The position numbers and the translations under genes are program-made. From an uncultured virus (IMG/VR IMGVR_UViG_3300031951_000033) (lineage: Duplodnaviria > Heunggongvirae > Uroviricota > Caudoviricetes): a stretch of 20,000 bases of DNA. Below, one piece after another: positions 8,513-16,119 of the stretch. Each line of letters begins with the position of its first letter. The stretch's first letter is position 1. The stretch lies in IMG/VR virus record IMGVR_UViG_3300031951_000033, one strand, 5' to 3'. Under the pieces are notes generated by a model. The model searched no databases. It worked only from the letters and a program-made list of their open reading frames with translations, and was not told the DNA's origin.

Positions 8513-9889
8513 TCAAGGATCGTACGCGTGTCCTTCGTGGATCCTAGTTTTAATTTCTTTAGGAAAACTGCTGTATTCCTCGTCTGTCAATTTAGAGCCT
8601 GCCGGTTTTTTATTAAAAGTACCGTGAGTTTCATGGAGAAGATCTTTATGTTCTCTCGGTAAAGACATGTATCGTTCGTGCGAGACCGAAGATCCTTTAG
8701 GCGGCATTTCAAGATAATTTTTAGGTGCGTGGTTTGTTTCGTCGGTTTCTATTTTTACCTTAGACTCAGGCGCTTTTGGCTCAGCAACGTAAGATGGAAT
8801 TTGAGCGGGTGCTTGTATTTGCTGCGGTTCAGAGTGAAAGGTCGTATACTTTTGGCCTTCTGGCGTAACATGCTCTTTCACGTAGCTTTGTGCGTCGTAC
8901 GCCGATTCACCTAATTTTGCTGCACGAATCTGTGCGGCGCGCTTAGCATTTTCTGCTGCCATATCACTGACATTACCTAGGTTGTAATTTTCCGCGAGTC
9001 TTTGCGCTCTTCTGTCTATGCTGCTGGGTATATCTTGTTTAACCTGTTTGGTTTCTTGCGCAATGTTTCTTATTCTATTAGGGTCACCTTTAATTCTAGT
9101 TATAACCTTAGGATTAGAAGTAGAAACTTTAACTTCTTGCGGTGATAGCTGTCTCATTATGTCTGGCAACGCCATGTCTATAGCTGCCTCTCCAAGGCCG
9201 TAACCAGCTAGAATTTTTCTGGCCTCATCTTCCCTTTCCTGAGACACAGTTCTCATGTCCGGTCTTGCTGACACGCTCGCTTCTTTACCGCCAAATCCTC
9301 TGCGCCCTTTCAGATCCATCAGGCGCATTATGTTTGCGTCTCGGTCTTTACTGTAGCCTCTCATCTCATCGATGGTTCTTTTTGCTTCTTCGTGCATGTG
9401 TTTAGGCGGCAAGCCGAATTTAATCCTCATCAGCGCATCATTGTGCTCTTTCATGCCTTCAGGCCTTACGACCATCCTTCCGTCTTGATCTTGCACAACG
9501 TGTCTCTGGGCTATATCTCTGTTCATCTCAGCCCATTTTTGTTTCTCTTCTTCGTTGGCCGCCTTTCCTTCGTGAATTCTTTTGGCCTCGCCGTATCTTT
9601 TATTTCTTTGCTCTGCGGCGTCAAGCAGCTCTTGCCGCACTTTTCTCTCGTCTATCTCAGGGCCTCGCTCTGCTTTTTCTTTGGCTGACTGTTGAGCCTT
9701 AAGCTCTGAGTTTTTGCGCCTGATTTCTTCTCTCTGCTCTGGTGTGTATCTTTCGGATATACGATTAAGGTAATTTTGAATGGCAGAATCGTCAAACTTC
9801 GAAGGATCTATCTCGCTGTAATTTTTGCCAGCCTTTTCCAGCAGTTGCCATTGCCCGTTTTTAAGTGCCTTAAGGAGTTCGTTAGCCAT
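8513..9889 (-). CDS. Hypothetical charged/helical protein (458 aa), candidate internal head protein
   Basis: The only long minus-strand ORF. ATG 9889 is preferred because the 9961 start overlaps the protease gene. N-terminal LLKA and LEKA motifs; two C-terminal ~30-aa repeats. Confidence 0.8.
   Translation of the reverse strand: MANELLKALKNGQWQLLEKAGKNYSEIDPSKFDDSAIQNYLNRISERYTPEQREEIRRKNSELKAQQSAKEKAERGPEIDERKVRQELLDAAEQRNKRYGEAKRIHEGKAANEEEKQKWAEMNRDIAQRHVVQDQDGRMVVRPEGMKEHNDALMRIKFGLPPKHMHEEAKRTIDEMRGYSKDRDANIMRLMDLKGRRGFGGKEASVSARPDMRTVSQEREDEARKILAGYGLGEAAIDMALPDIMRQLSPQEVKVSTSNPKVITRIKGDPNRIRNIAQETKQVKQDIPSSIDRRAQRLAENYNLGNVSDMAAENAKRAAQIRAAKLGESAYDAQSYVKEHVTPEGQKYTTFHSEPQQIQAPAQIPSYVAEPKAPESKVKIETDETNHAPKNYLEMPPKGSSVSHERYMSLPREHKDLLHETHGTFNKKPAGSKLTDEEYSSFPKEIKTRIHEGHAYDP
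8516..8707 (-). repeat. Two protein-level repeats PxGS-x6-Y-xx-[LF]P-xxx-K-xx-[LI]HExH
   Basis: MPPKGSSVSHERYMSLPREHKDLLHETHG and KKPAGSKLTDEEYSSFPKEIKTRIHEGHA. Confidence 0.75.
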
Positions 9890-9953
9890 AACAAAGATTC
9901 TATCATGAGGTTTTGGCTTAATGTTTGTTTGTGGTAAAGTATAGAGTAGTATT
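9890..9953. promoter_or_regulatory. Divergent promoter region with two -10 boxes at leaderless spacing
   Basis: Minus strand: TGATAGAAT (9905-9897) ends 7 nt before ATG 9889. Plus strand: TAGAGT (9942-9947) ends 6 nt before ATG 9954, and TGGTAAAGT lies at 9932-9940. Neither gene has a clear SD. Confidence 0.55.
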
Positions 9954-10958
9954 ATGGCCAAAAAACCTTTAGAAGTGGATATGTGTGCAGGAAGTCAGCT
10001 CAGAGATACGCAGGGAGAGATGCTCTCTGTAGAGGGTGCCGACATATCTGAGCTGTTGGCAGGCAACGGAAGACTCAACGATAATCACGGAAAAGGTTTC
10101 TACAATAGTATTGGCAAAATCACGGGCGCCAAGAAGATATTTAAGGCAGAAGATTGCGAAGATGATCGCCAAAAATATTACTGGGAAAAGATAAAAGCCC
10201 CTTACATCTACGTTAAGGGGATTCTTTATGACGACGAAGAGCACCCTAACGCTAAGGCCGCAGCTGCTATTTTAAGGAACATACATAAGACCGATTGTCC
10301 GCTAAAGATTAAGGCCTCTGTAGAAGGCGGCGTGCTTTCTAGAGGCGTAAAAGACTCTTCACTTCTTGCTAGAACCAAGATTCATTCCGTGGCTCTTACG
10401 TTTACTCCTGCCAACAATGCTACTCTTGTTGAGCCCACCAATCTAGATAAGTCTAATTTTGACGAGAAGGCAGATATGGTGCTTATAAAGTCTGTTATGC
10501 ACCTTGCGGAGAAAAATGTTCCGTCTTTTCGACATGTTACGCGAGATGCGTCTGCCACCAAGATAACTAATAATTTAGCTAAAATGACTGAACTTCTCGC
10601 TAAGGCTGGAGTAAATGTTGATAATATAAAGTTGCCGTCTAAGGCGTCTATAATCGAAAAGGCACTAGAAAACAAGATAAAAACAAATATAGCTAAGATA
10701 AAATCTAGCTTAAAAGATGCACAAAAGCCGCTCAGTAAGGCTCTAATGGCCGGTTATGGTGGAGCTGCAGCGCCGGGCGCTAGAGTTGGCGGAAGTGTCG
10801 TACAATCTGAGTCTCTAGACTTCAGCCCGCCTATGAAATACATAGTGTGCGATGATTGCGGAAAATCGCAGGTTTACGCCAAGCATCAGGTGAAATGTCG
10901 CCACTGCAATAAGAGCTTTAGCCTAGAAAAGCTGTTTCGCACCTTAAAGCGCCCCTAA
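9954..10958 (+). CDS. Prohead (capsid maturation) serine protease with C-terminal capsid-like peptide and Zn ribbon
   Basis: RDTQGE, RLNDNH (catalytic His), ASVEGG (catalytic Ser) and VALTFTPAN are motifs of the HK97-type caudoviral prohead protease. C-terminal CDDC...CRHC. Confidence 0.88.
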   Translation: MAKKPLEVDMCAGSQLRDTQGEMLSVEGADISELLAGNGRLNDNHGKGFYNSIGKITGAKKIFKAEDCEDDRQKYYWEKIKAPYIYVKGILYDDEEHPNAKAAAAILRNIHKTDCPLKIKASVEGGVLSRGVKDSSLLARTKIHSVALTFTPANNATLVEPTNLDKSNFDEKADMVLIKSVMHLAEKNVPSFRHVTRDASATKITNNLAKMTELLAKAGVNVDNIKLPSKASIIEKALENKIKTNIAKIKSSLKDAQKPLSKALMAGYGGAAAPGARVGGSVVQSESLDFSPPMKYIVCDDCGKSQVYAKHQVKCRHCNKSFSLEKLFRTLKRP

Positions 10959-10986
10959 ATTACTGTTAAGTTTAACCAGAAGTGCC

Positions 10987-11003
10987 TGATATACTGGTAC
11001 AGT
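10987..11003 (+). promoter_or_regulatory. Putative extended -10 promoter(s) for the capsid operon
   Basis: TGATATACT (10987-10995) and TGGTACAGT (10995-11003) upstream of SD AAGGAG and ATG 11055. Confidence 0.5.
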
Positions 11004-11054
11004 ACTAAAAATGAGTTTAGTAAAACTCTTTTAATAAAGCAAGGAGATTATAAA

Positions 11055-11504
11055 ATGGCATATACCGATGTTCCAAGTGCAAAGAACCAAATTCTCGATA
11101 AGATCGCGCGTGACGCAGGTTACGTTGGTCTTACCGTATCCAGCCGCTCGTTGCAGGCTAACGGCGCTAACGCTGTCGTTATCAGCAACAGCTCTAACAA
11201 TATCACCATAAGTTACAGACTTACTGCAAACGATGGTTCCCCTGAAATTCAGGCTCCCATGGGCGGTATCGATGCTTCTGCATCTCCGTTCCTCGGCGCA
11301 GGGCTTCTTGCTCCAGGGATGTTGACCATGACTTCTGCTATCGCTACCGCGGGCACTATTGCTGACGTTATCGACGGCGCAATTGCGGCTCAAGTTCTTC
11401 AGCTTATCTCTGGTTACGCTAACGATATTAGACTGTCTAACAGCACCGGCACTTTTGTTGCAGTTCTTCGCGGAACCGTTGGCCTGGTAAACATGGGGCA
11501 ATAA
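11055..11504 (+). CDS. Hypothetical structural protein, possibly capsid decoration (149 aa)
   Basis: Strong SD AAGGAG. Ala/Gly/Ser/Thr-rich composition like the capsid protein. First gene of the scaffold-capsid operon. Function is inferred only. Confidence 0.7.
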   Translation: MAYTDVPSAKNQILDKIARDAGYVGLTVSSRSLQANGANAVVISNSSNNITISYRLTANDGSPEIQAPMGGIDASASPFLGAGLLAPGMLTMTSAIATAGTIADVIDGAIAAQVLQLISGYANDIRLSNSTGTFVAVLRGTVGLVNMGQ

Positions 11505-11534
11505 TATCGATCAACAGAAAATCTAGGAGATTTT

Positions 11535-12422
11535 ATGAACGAAGAACTAACTAAAAGTCTCACTCAGCTGATTGATGAGACTCTTCAAGAGCTCGAAGAG
11601 CTCAAAAAGTCTCGTTTTGAAGCTCAGGAGATCAAACTCCAAGGCAAAGATGACGGCATTGACGGTCACGAAGCCAATGGCGACATCGAAAAAGACGAAG
11701 ACGAAAAAGACGAAGACGAAAAAGACGAAGACCACGACGAAGATCATGAAGAAGAGGCAATGAAGGGCGAAAACGAAAAAGCTCTTAAGGCTGAAGACGA
11801 AGATCACGAAGAAGACGAAGAACAGGAAGAAGAAGAGGCTGAAAAAGCTGATGAAGATCCTGCTGACGCGCCTGAAGTTGGTCGTAAACTCAAGGGAATT
11901 CTTGGAAACAAGAAGATGTCCAAATATGAGCATGCTCATAAGGCTGAAAAAGAGCCTCATAAAGAAGACCCTGAGCATGAGAAAAAAGAGAAGAAACTTG
12001 CTCGCAAGTTGCTCGATATGCACAAGAAAGAAGGCCACAAGTCTCCTGAGCAGGTCGAGAAGGACATGGAGCATCTTGAGATGAAGGGCATGAAGAAATC
12101 TATCATGGCTGAATCATCCGAGCTCATGAAAGGTCTTATCGACGAGAGAGTTAAACCTCTCGAAGATAAGCTCTCTGTTATTCTCACTCTTGTCAACCAG
12201 ATCGCTGAACAGCCGGTGAGTCCGCGCGGTGTAACCGCTCGCACTGCTCCTCTGCTCAAGTCTGTTGATGAGGGGGAATATGAGACTCTTACTAAGTCTC
12301 AGGTTGCTTCTAAGTTGTTTGAGCTTAAGAAATCTGGATCCCCTGTTGACAGCTTGGATGTTGCCAAGGCTGAGATGGGACAAGATCTTGGTGTAATCGT
12401 CAAGAAATATAAACTGTCATAA
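11535..12422 (+). CDS. Capsid scaffolding protein (acidic, low complexity)
   Basis: SD AGGAGA. Directly upstream of the capsid gene. Glu/Asp/Lys-rich with many K-[SAG] putative cleavage sites (LTKS, LKKS, MKKS, LMKG, LLKS, VAKA). Confidence 0.75.
   Translation: MNEELTKSLTQLIDETLQELEELKKSRFEAQEIKLQGKDDGIDGHEANGDIEKDEDEKDEDEKDEDHDEDHEEEAMKGENEKALKAEDEDHEEDEEQEEEEAEKADEDPADAPEVGRKLKGILGNKKMSKYEHAHKAEKEPHKEDPEHEKKEKKLARKLLDMHKKEGHKSPEQVEKDMEHLEMKGMKKSIMAESSELMKGLIDERVKPLEDKLSVILTLVNQIAEQPVSPRGVTARTAPLLKSVDEGEYETLTKSQVASKLFELKKSGSPVDSLDVAKAEMGQDLGVIVKKYKLS
11688..11732 (+). repeat. Perfect 3 x 15-bp tandem repeat GAAAAAGACGAAGAC (EKDED x3)
   Basis: Copies at 11688, 11703 and 11718, in frame within the scaffold gene. 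Confidence 0.9.
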
Positions 12423-12440
12423 TTCAAAGGAGAAAACAAG

Positions 12441-13886
12441 ATGAATGACGCGTTGAATAGTATATTGGGAGGCCTTGAGCAAGGCATCGTGTCCGCACAG
12501 GACGTTGATGCGTTGAACAAAGCCATTTCGGCTGGCTACGGCGGAGCTGGCAAACCTACAGACCTCACTTATGGTGGTGTTCTGCAAGCTGAATCTCTCG
12601 AGGCTACCCTTAAGAGTGTTACCTTCGATATGAAGAACCTCAAGATGTGGCCAGCGATTTCTGTTGATAAGGCGTATAACCTTTTCGAACAGTACAATCG
12701 TTTGATCGGGTACGGCTCTGACAGTGCTCCGTACATCGGCGAAGGCGGCGCTCCTCAAGAGGAAGATTCGACCTACGTACGTGACGGGCAGAAGATCGTG
12801 TTCTTCGGAACTCGTCGTCGAGTGTCTCACCAGATGACTCTGGTGCGCACTACTGTCGGTGACATCGTTGCTCAGCAAGCAAAAGAAGGAACTATGCACC
12901 TTCTTAAGAACGTTGAGCGCGAGATGTACTGGGGACATTCTAACTTCATGAATCAGTCTACTGGTGCTATCACTGGAAACGACGGAGATCTTCCTTCTAA
13001 CTCTATCGCTATGAGCGGATTGCTTAAGCAACTCGTTAAAGGCGATCTGGATGTTCTCATGCAGTCTGGTGACTTCCAAGGCTTCGGAGCTAACGTTTCT
13101 ATCGTTCAGGACATGGCTGGTGCAGTTCTTGCTCAGGACGATATCGAAGCCGGCGCCGTTGTCGCTCTTCAGAACTTCGGTTCTCCGAACGAACTTCACA
13201 TCGAACCAGCTTGTCTGTCTTCGTTCGTGAAGCAGTTCTACCCGCAGTTCCGTTCTGCTCCTGGTCTCTCTAACCAGACCGTCGGTTACGATGTGTCTAA
13301 GGTTACGACCACTGCAGGAACCATCGATTTCAAGCCGAACCTCTTCTTGCGTCCGCGCTTGAATGCCCGTGCGTCTGCTGTTAACGCCGCTTGTCCTGCT
13401 GCAACCTTCACTGTGTCTGCTGCTGGTTCAGGTTCTGGCTCTTCTTACGCAGCTGGTAACTACCAGGTGAAAGTTACTGCCGTGAACGATGCAGGTGAAT
13501 CTGCCCCGGTTTCGGCTGTTGCTTCTGGTGTAACCCTTGGTCAGAACATTGTTGTGACTCTCGGTTCTATCCCTGCTGGCGTTAAGTACTTCCGCTTGTA
13601 TCTCTCTGCTCCAGGCGGTGCTGCTGGAACTGAAGCATTCGCGGGTAACTGGGCGAACGCTGGTGCAGGTAACTACACCTCTTCTGGAAGCAAGTACGCA
13701 GGTCTCGGCGAAGCATATCTCCTCGATATGTCTGCTGAGTGCCTGAAGTTCAAGCAACTTGCTCCTCTCAGCAAGATCAACTTCGCTATCGTGACCACCG
13801 CGCTTGAATTCGCGATCGTGCTGTACGGAGCTCTCTTCGTATACACCCCGCGCTTCAATTTCGTGTTCAAGAACCTTGGCAAGTAA
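12441..13886 (+). CDS. Major capsid protein (SPO1/Twort/K-like HK97 fold with Ig-like insertion)
   Basis: SD AAGGAG. N-terminal LNKAISAGYG...GGVLQAESLEATLKSVT parallels phage K VVKSFQTGYG...GALRREIL. Also KNVEREMYWG, the YQVKVTAVNDAGESAP insertion, LAPLSKINFA and LYGAL. A strong terminator follows. Confidence 0.93.
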   Translation: MNDALNSILGGLEQGIVSAQDVDALNKAISAGYGGAGKPTDLTYGGVLQAESLEATLKSVTFDMKNLKMWPAISVDKAYNLFEQYNRLIGYGSDSAPYIGEGGAPQEEDSTYVRDGQKIVFFGTRRRVSHQMTLVRTTVGDIVAQQAKEGTMHLLKNVEREMYWGHSNFMNQSTGAITGNDGDLPSNSIAMSGLLKQLVKGDLDVLMQSGDFQGFGANVSIVQDMAGAVLAQDDIEAGAVVALQNFGSPNELHIEPACLSSFVKQFYPQFRSAPGLSNQTVGYDVSKVTTTAGTIDFKPNLFLRPRLNARASAVNAACPAATFTVSAAGSGSGSSYAAGNYQVKVTAVNDAGESAPVSAVASGVTLGQNIVVTLGSIPAGVKYFRLYLSAPGGAAGTEAFAGNWANAGAGNYTSSGSKYAGLGEAYLLDMSAECLKFKQLAPLSKINFAIVTTALEFAIVLYGALFVYTPRFNFVFKNLGK

Positions 13887-13909
13887 TACTCGCTAGGTTA
13901 ATAAAGATT

Positions 13910-13945
13910 GGGGCTAGATACTATGTGTCTAGCCCCCTTTTTTTT
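13910..13945 (+). terminator. Rho-independent terminator after the major capsid gene
   Basis: GGGGCTAGATAC-TAT-GTGTCTAGCCCC forms a 12-bp stem (one G-U), followed by C and T8. Confidence 0.9.
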
Positions 13946-13970
13946 ATGACTTAAAAACAAAAGGAGATTT

Positions 13971-14348
13971 ATGTCTAACAACGTTGACTGGTCTGGATGG
14001 ATTCTTGAGAAAAATGCCGCTCATGCACAAGAAGAGCTTAAAAAGGGTGACTGGTGCAAGAAAGAAGAGCAGATAGAGAAAAAAGAAGAGCACAAGAAGG
14101 ACATGTGCCCTAAGTGCAAGAAAGAGCCTTGCAAGTGTTTGAAAAAGGCAAAAGACATGTCTGGCGACGAGATCGACAACGACATGATGATGTCTGAGCT
14201 TGAATCGCTTGTTCATCATGTCGAAGAGATTCGCGAGCACATGGGAAAAGGTCTTGCCCCTGATTGGGTTAAGGCTAAGATCTCTCGTGCGGCGAGCATA
14301 ATGTCTGATATTGCGCACTATATTCAGGGACTCAAAGAGCGCAAATAG
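13971..14348 (+). CDS. Hypothetical protein (125 aa) with CxxCxxxPCxC motif and C-terminal helical hairpin
   Basis: SD AAGGAG. Contains CPKCKKEPCKC, LEKN/LKKG/LKKA motifs and PDWVKAKISRAASIMSDIAHY. Confidence 0.8.
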   Translation: MSNNVDWSGWILEKNAAHAQEELKKGDWCKKEEQIEKKEEHKKDMCPKCKKEPCKCLKKAKDMSGDEIDNDMMMSELESLVHHVEEIREHMGKGLAPDWVKAKISRAASIMSDIAHYIQGLKERK

Positions 14349-14378
14349 CTCTTAATAAACTTTTTTATCTTAATAAAG

Positions 14379-14410
14379 AGGCCGGGAGCGATGTTCCCGG
14401 CCTTTATATT
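14379..14410 (+). terminator. GC-rich hairpin, probable terminator or regulatory stem
   Basis: AGGCCGGGA (14379-14387) pairs with TCCCGGCCT (14395-14403), followed by an AT-rich tail. The upstream flank is also A-rich. Confidence 0.6.
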
Positions 14411-14419
14411 TAGTATAAT
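14411..14419 (+). promoter_or_regulatory. Putative promoter -10 (TAGTATAAT)
   Basis: TATAAT at 14414-14419, ending 40 nt before ATG 14460. Confidence 0.55.
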
Positions 14420-14459
14420 CCTCTCATGGGGAACATCGCTGGGGTGCGACGAGGGGAAC

Positions 14460-16076
14460 ATGGCGAATAAAAACGCTAAGACCGCTGACAAGAGAAGGGA
14501 AATAGTTCGTAAGTTTGCCAACTTAAATAAGAAACTTCTTCGGCGTCCTACCGAGCAGGAGATGCTGGACGCTGGTTATGCTAGAAGTATGATCAGGCAC
14601 TACTTTCCTACAGTAGGAAGACTTGAGGCTGAGGCCAGAGACCAGTATCCCGATTGCTTTTTCGATGTTGGTATATCTGAAATAATAAACCAAGATGTTG
14701 TTAGCGTCCTCAGAGATAAGATTAAAGCGCATAAGCGCTTCGTTATAACATCGGCAGTTACAGGCTGCCAGGTCGATCAAAAATTCTATAAAAGCATAAA
14801 AACTTATTGTGCCGCCAATGACGCCATTTTACTGGTGCTCATCGCTTCAGATCCCGCACAAACAAAGACGAACAAAAAAGGAGATCACGGGACTGTGGAC
14901 TCGACTCTTGTAGACGAGTGCATAGTCTTTGAAGACACCGATCTCAATTCAAACCTGTTCCTAAGTACCATCAAGTTGAGCGCTAAGCACATCGATCCCA
15001 CCACCGGGCTAGACCGCATCGGCCAACGTGACGGCAGCTTTATATTTGCTTCCCCTAAGCAGCGCTTGCAGATGGTAGCAACCTCAAATATAAAGCTGCC
15101 TCATGCCTTAATGACAACAGGCGCGATAACGCTGCCGAACTACAAGACTGACTCCTATATGAGCGAACGTACGGCTTATATCGCCGATCACGACCACGTT
15201 ATGGGCGCCATAATAGTTGAGATACAGGACGATTCTGTCTATCATTACAGACAAGTACAAGCATCAAGGAAAGATGGATCGTTTCATGATCTAGGGCGCA
15301 AATACGGACCTCAGGGCGTGTCAGAGGATCTTCCCGTTGCGTTGGTATTGGGGGATTGGCATTCGGGAGAGACAGATCCCGTTGTCGTTAAGTGCACTGA
15401 AGAGATGATCTCTGAACTGAAACCTCGTACTCTTGTGCTGCATGATGCCTTTAACGGGCTGTCTATAAACCACCACGAGGATCATAATCTGGTGGCGCAG
15501 GCTATAAGATACAAAAACTCTCAACTTCTCCTGAAAGATGAGATACAGAAGTTCGCAGAAGATCTAGAGTGGCTATCTAGCAAGGTTAAAGAGCTGGTTA
15601 TAGTTAAATCGAACCATGACGAGTTTTTGAGCAAACATTATCTTGCTGAAGCCAAATACGTCAAGGATCCGCACAATCACTACTATTGTCTAGAACTAGC
15701 TAAGGCCATGATAGAGGGACATGATCCGCTCAGATATGCTGTTTTTAAGATTAACTCCAAGCTGCATAACGTTCTGTGGTTGCAGCGAGATCAAGACTTT
15801 AAGATAGCTGGAATACAGTTGGGGTCCCACGGTGATAAAGGCCCTAACGGTAGCAGAGGCTCGCTGAGAAATGTAGAGAAGGCTTTTGGCGACTCTATAA
15901 CAGGACATTCTCATACCCCTGGTATACTGCGAGGCGCTTGGTCTGTAGGCACGTCTAGCTTTCTCAAGTTAGGTTATAATCAAGGCCCTAGTTCTTGGGT
16001 ACAAGCGCACTGTCTGGTTTACGCTAACGGGGATCGCCAAATACTCAGTATAATCAACGGTCGCTGGCGTCTCTAG
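14460..16076 (+). CDS. Phage T5 A1-like metallophosphoesterase/DNase with N-terminal HTH-like segment (538 aa)
   Basis: SD GAGGGG before ATG 14460. KRFVITS, TTGAITLPNY, GAIIVE, GDWH, HD, NHH, SNHD, DQDFKIAGI, HGDKGPNGSRG, TGHSH, GYNQGPSSW and YANGDRQ are colinear with T5 A1 as I recall it. Confidence 0.85.
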   Translation: MANKNAKTADKRREIVRKFANLNKKLLRRPTEQEMLDAGYARSMIRHYFPTVGRLEAEARDQYPDCFFDVGISEIINQDVVSVLRDKIKAHKRFVITSAVTGCQVDQKFYKSIKTYCAANDAILLVLIASDPAQTKTNKKGDHGTVDSTLVDECIVFEDTDLNSNLFLSTIKLSAKHIDPTTGLDRIGQRDGSFIFASPKQRLQMVATSNIKLPHALMTTGAITLPNYKTDSYMSERTAYIADHDHVMGAIIVEIQDDSVYHYRQVQASRKDGSFHDLGRKYGPQGVSEDLPVALVLGDWHSGETDPVVVKCTEEMISELKPRTLVLHDAFNGLSINHHEDHNLVAQAIRYKNSQLLLKDEIQKFAEDLEWLSSKVKELVIVKSNHDEFLSKHYLAEAKYVKDPHNHYYCLELAKAMIEGHDPLRYAVFKINSKLHNVLWLQRDQDFKIAGIQLGSHGDKGPNGSRGSLRNVEKAFGDSITGHSHTPGILRGAWSVGTSSFLKLGYNQGPSSWVQAHCLVYANGDRQILSIINGRWRL

Positions 16077-16110
16077 CAGCAACTGTTTTGTCCGTTAAGC
16101 CTTCTTCTAG

Positions 16111-16119
16111 TGGTATAAT
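16111..16119 (+). promoter_or_regulatory. Extended -10 promoter (TGGTATAAT)
   Basis: Identical to the motif at 966-974. Intergenic, upstream of SD AGGAGA and ATG 16151. Confidence 0.7.

Noticed and set aside
11518..11534. AAAATCT-AGG-AGATTTT stem over the scaffold SD
   Set aside because: A 7-bp AU-rich stem with a 3-nt loop is too weak to support a regulatory claim.
11688..11732. Tandem 15-bp repeat as a possible CRISPR array or contingency locus
   Set aside because: There are no spacers and the unit length is a multiple of three, so it is an in-frame acidic expansion.
11547..12259. Phe-rich minus-strand ORFs and short alternate-frame ORFs over the scaffold gene
   Set aside because: These are shadows of the GAA/AAA/GAC-rich coding strand and I saw no independent start signals.
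12417..13199. 260-aa minus-strand ORF opposite the capsid gene, and similar antisense ORFs over terL, portal and the last two genes
   Set aside because: They lie almost entirely opposite well-supported genes, are expected from codon bias, and show no recognisable motifs.
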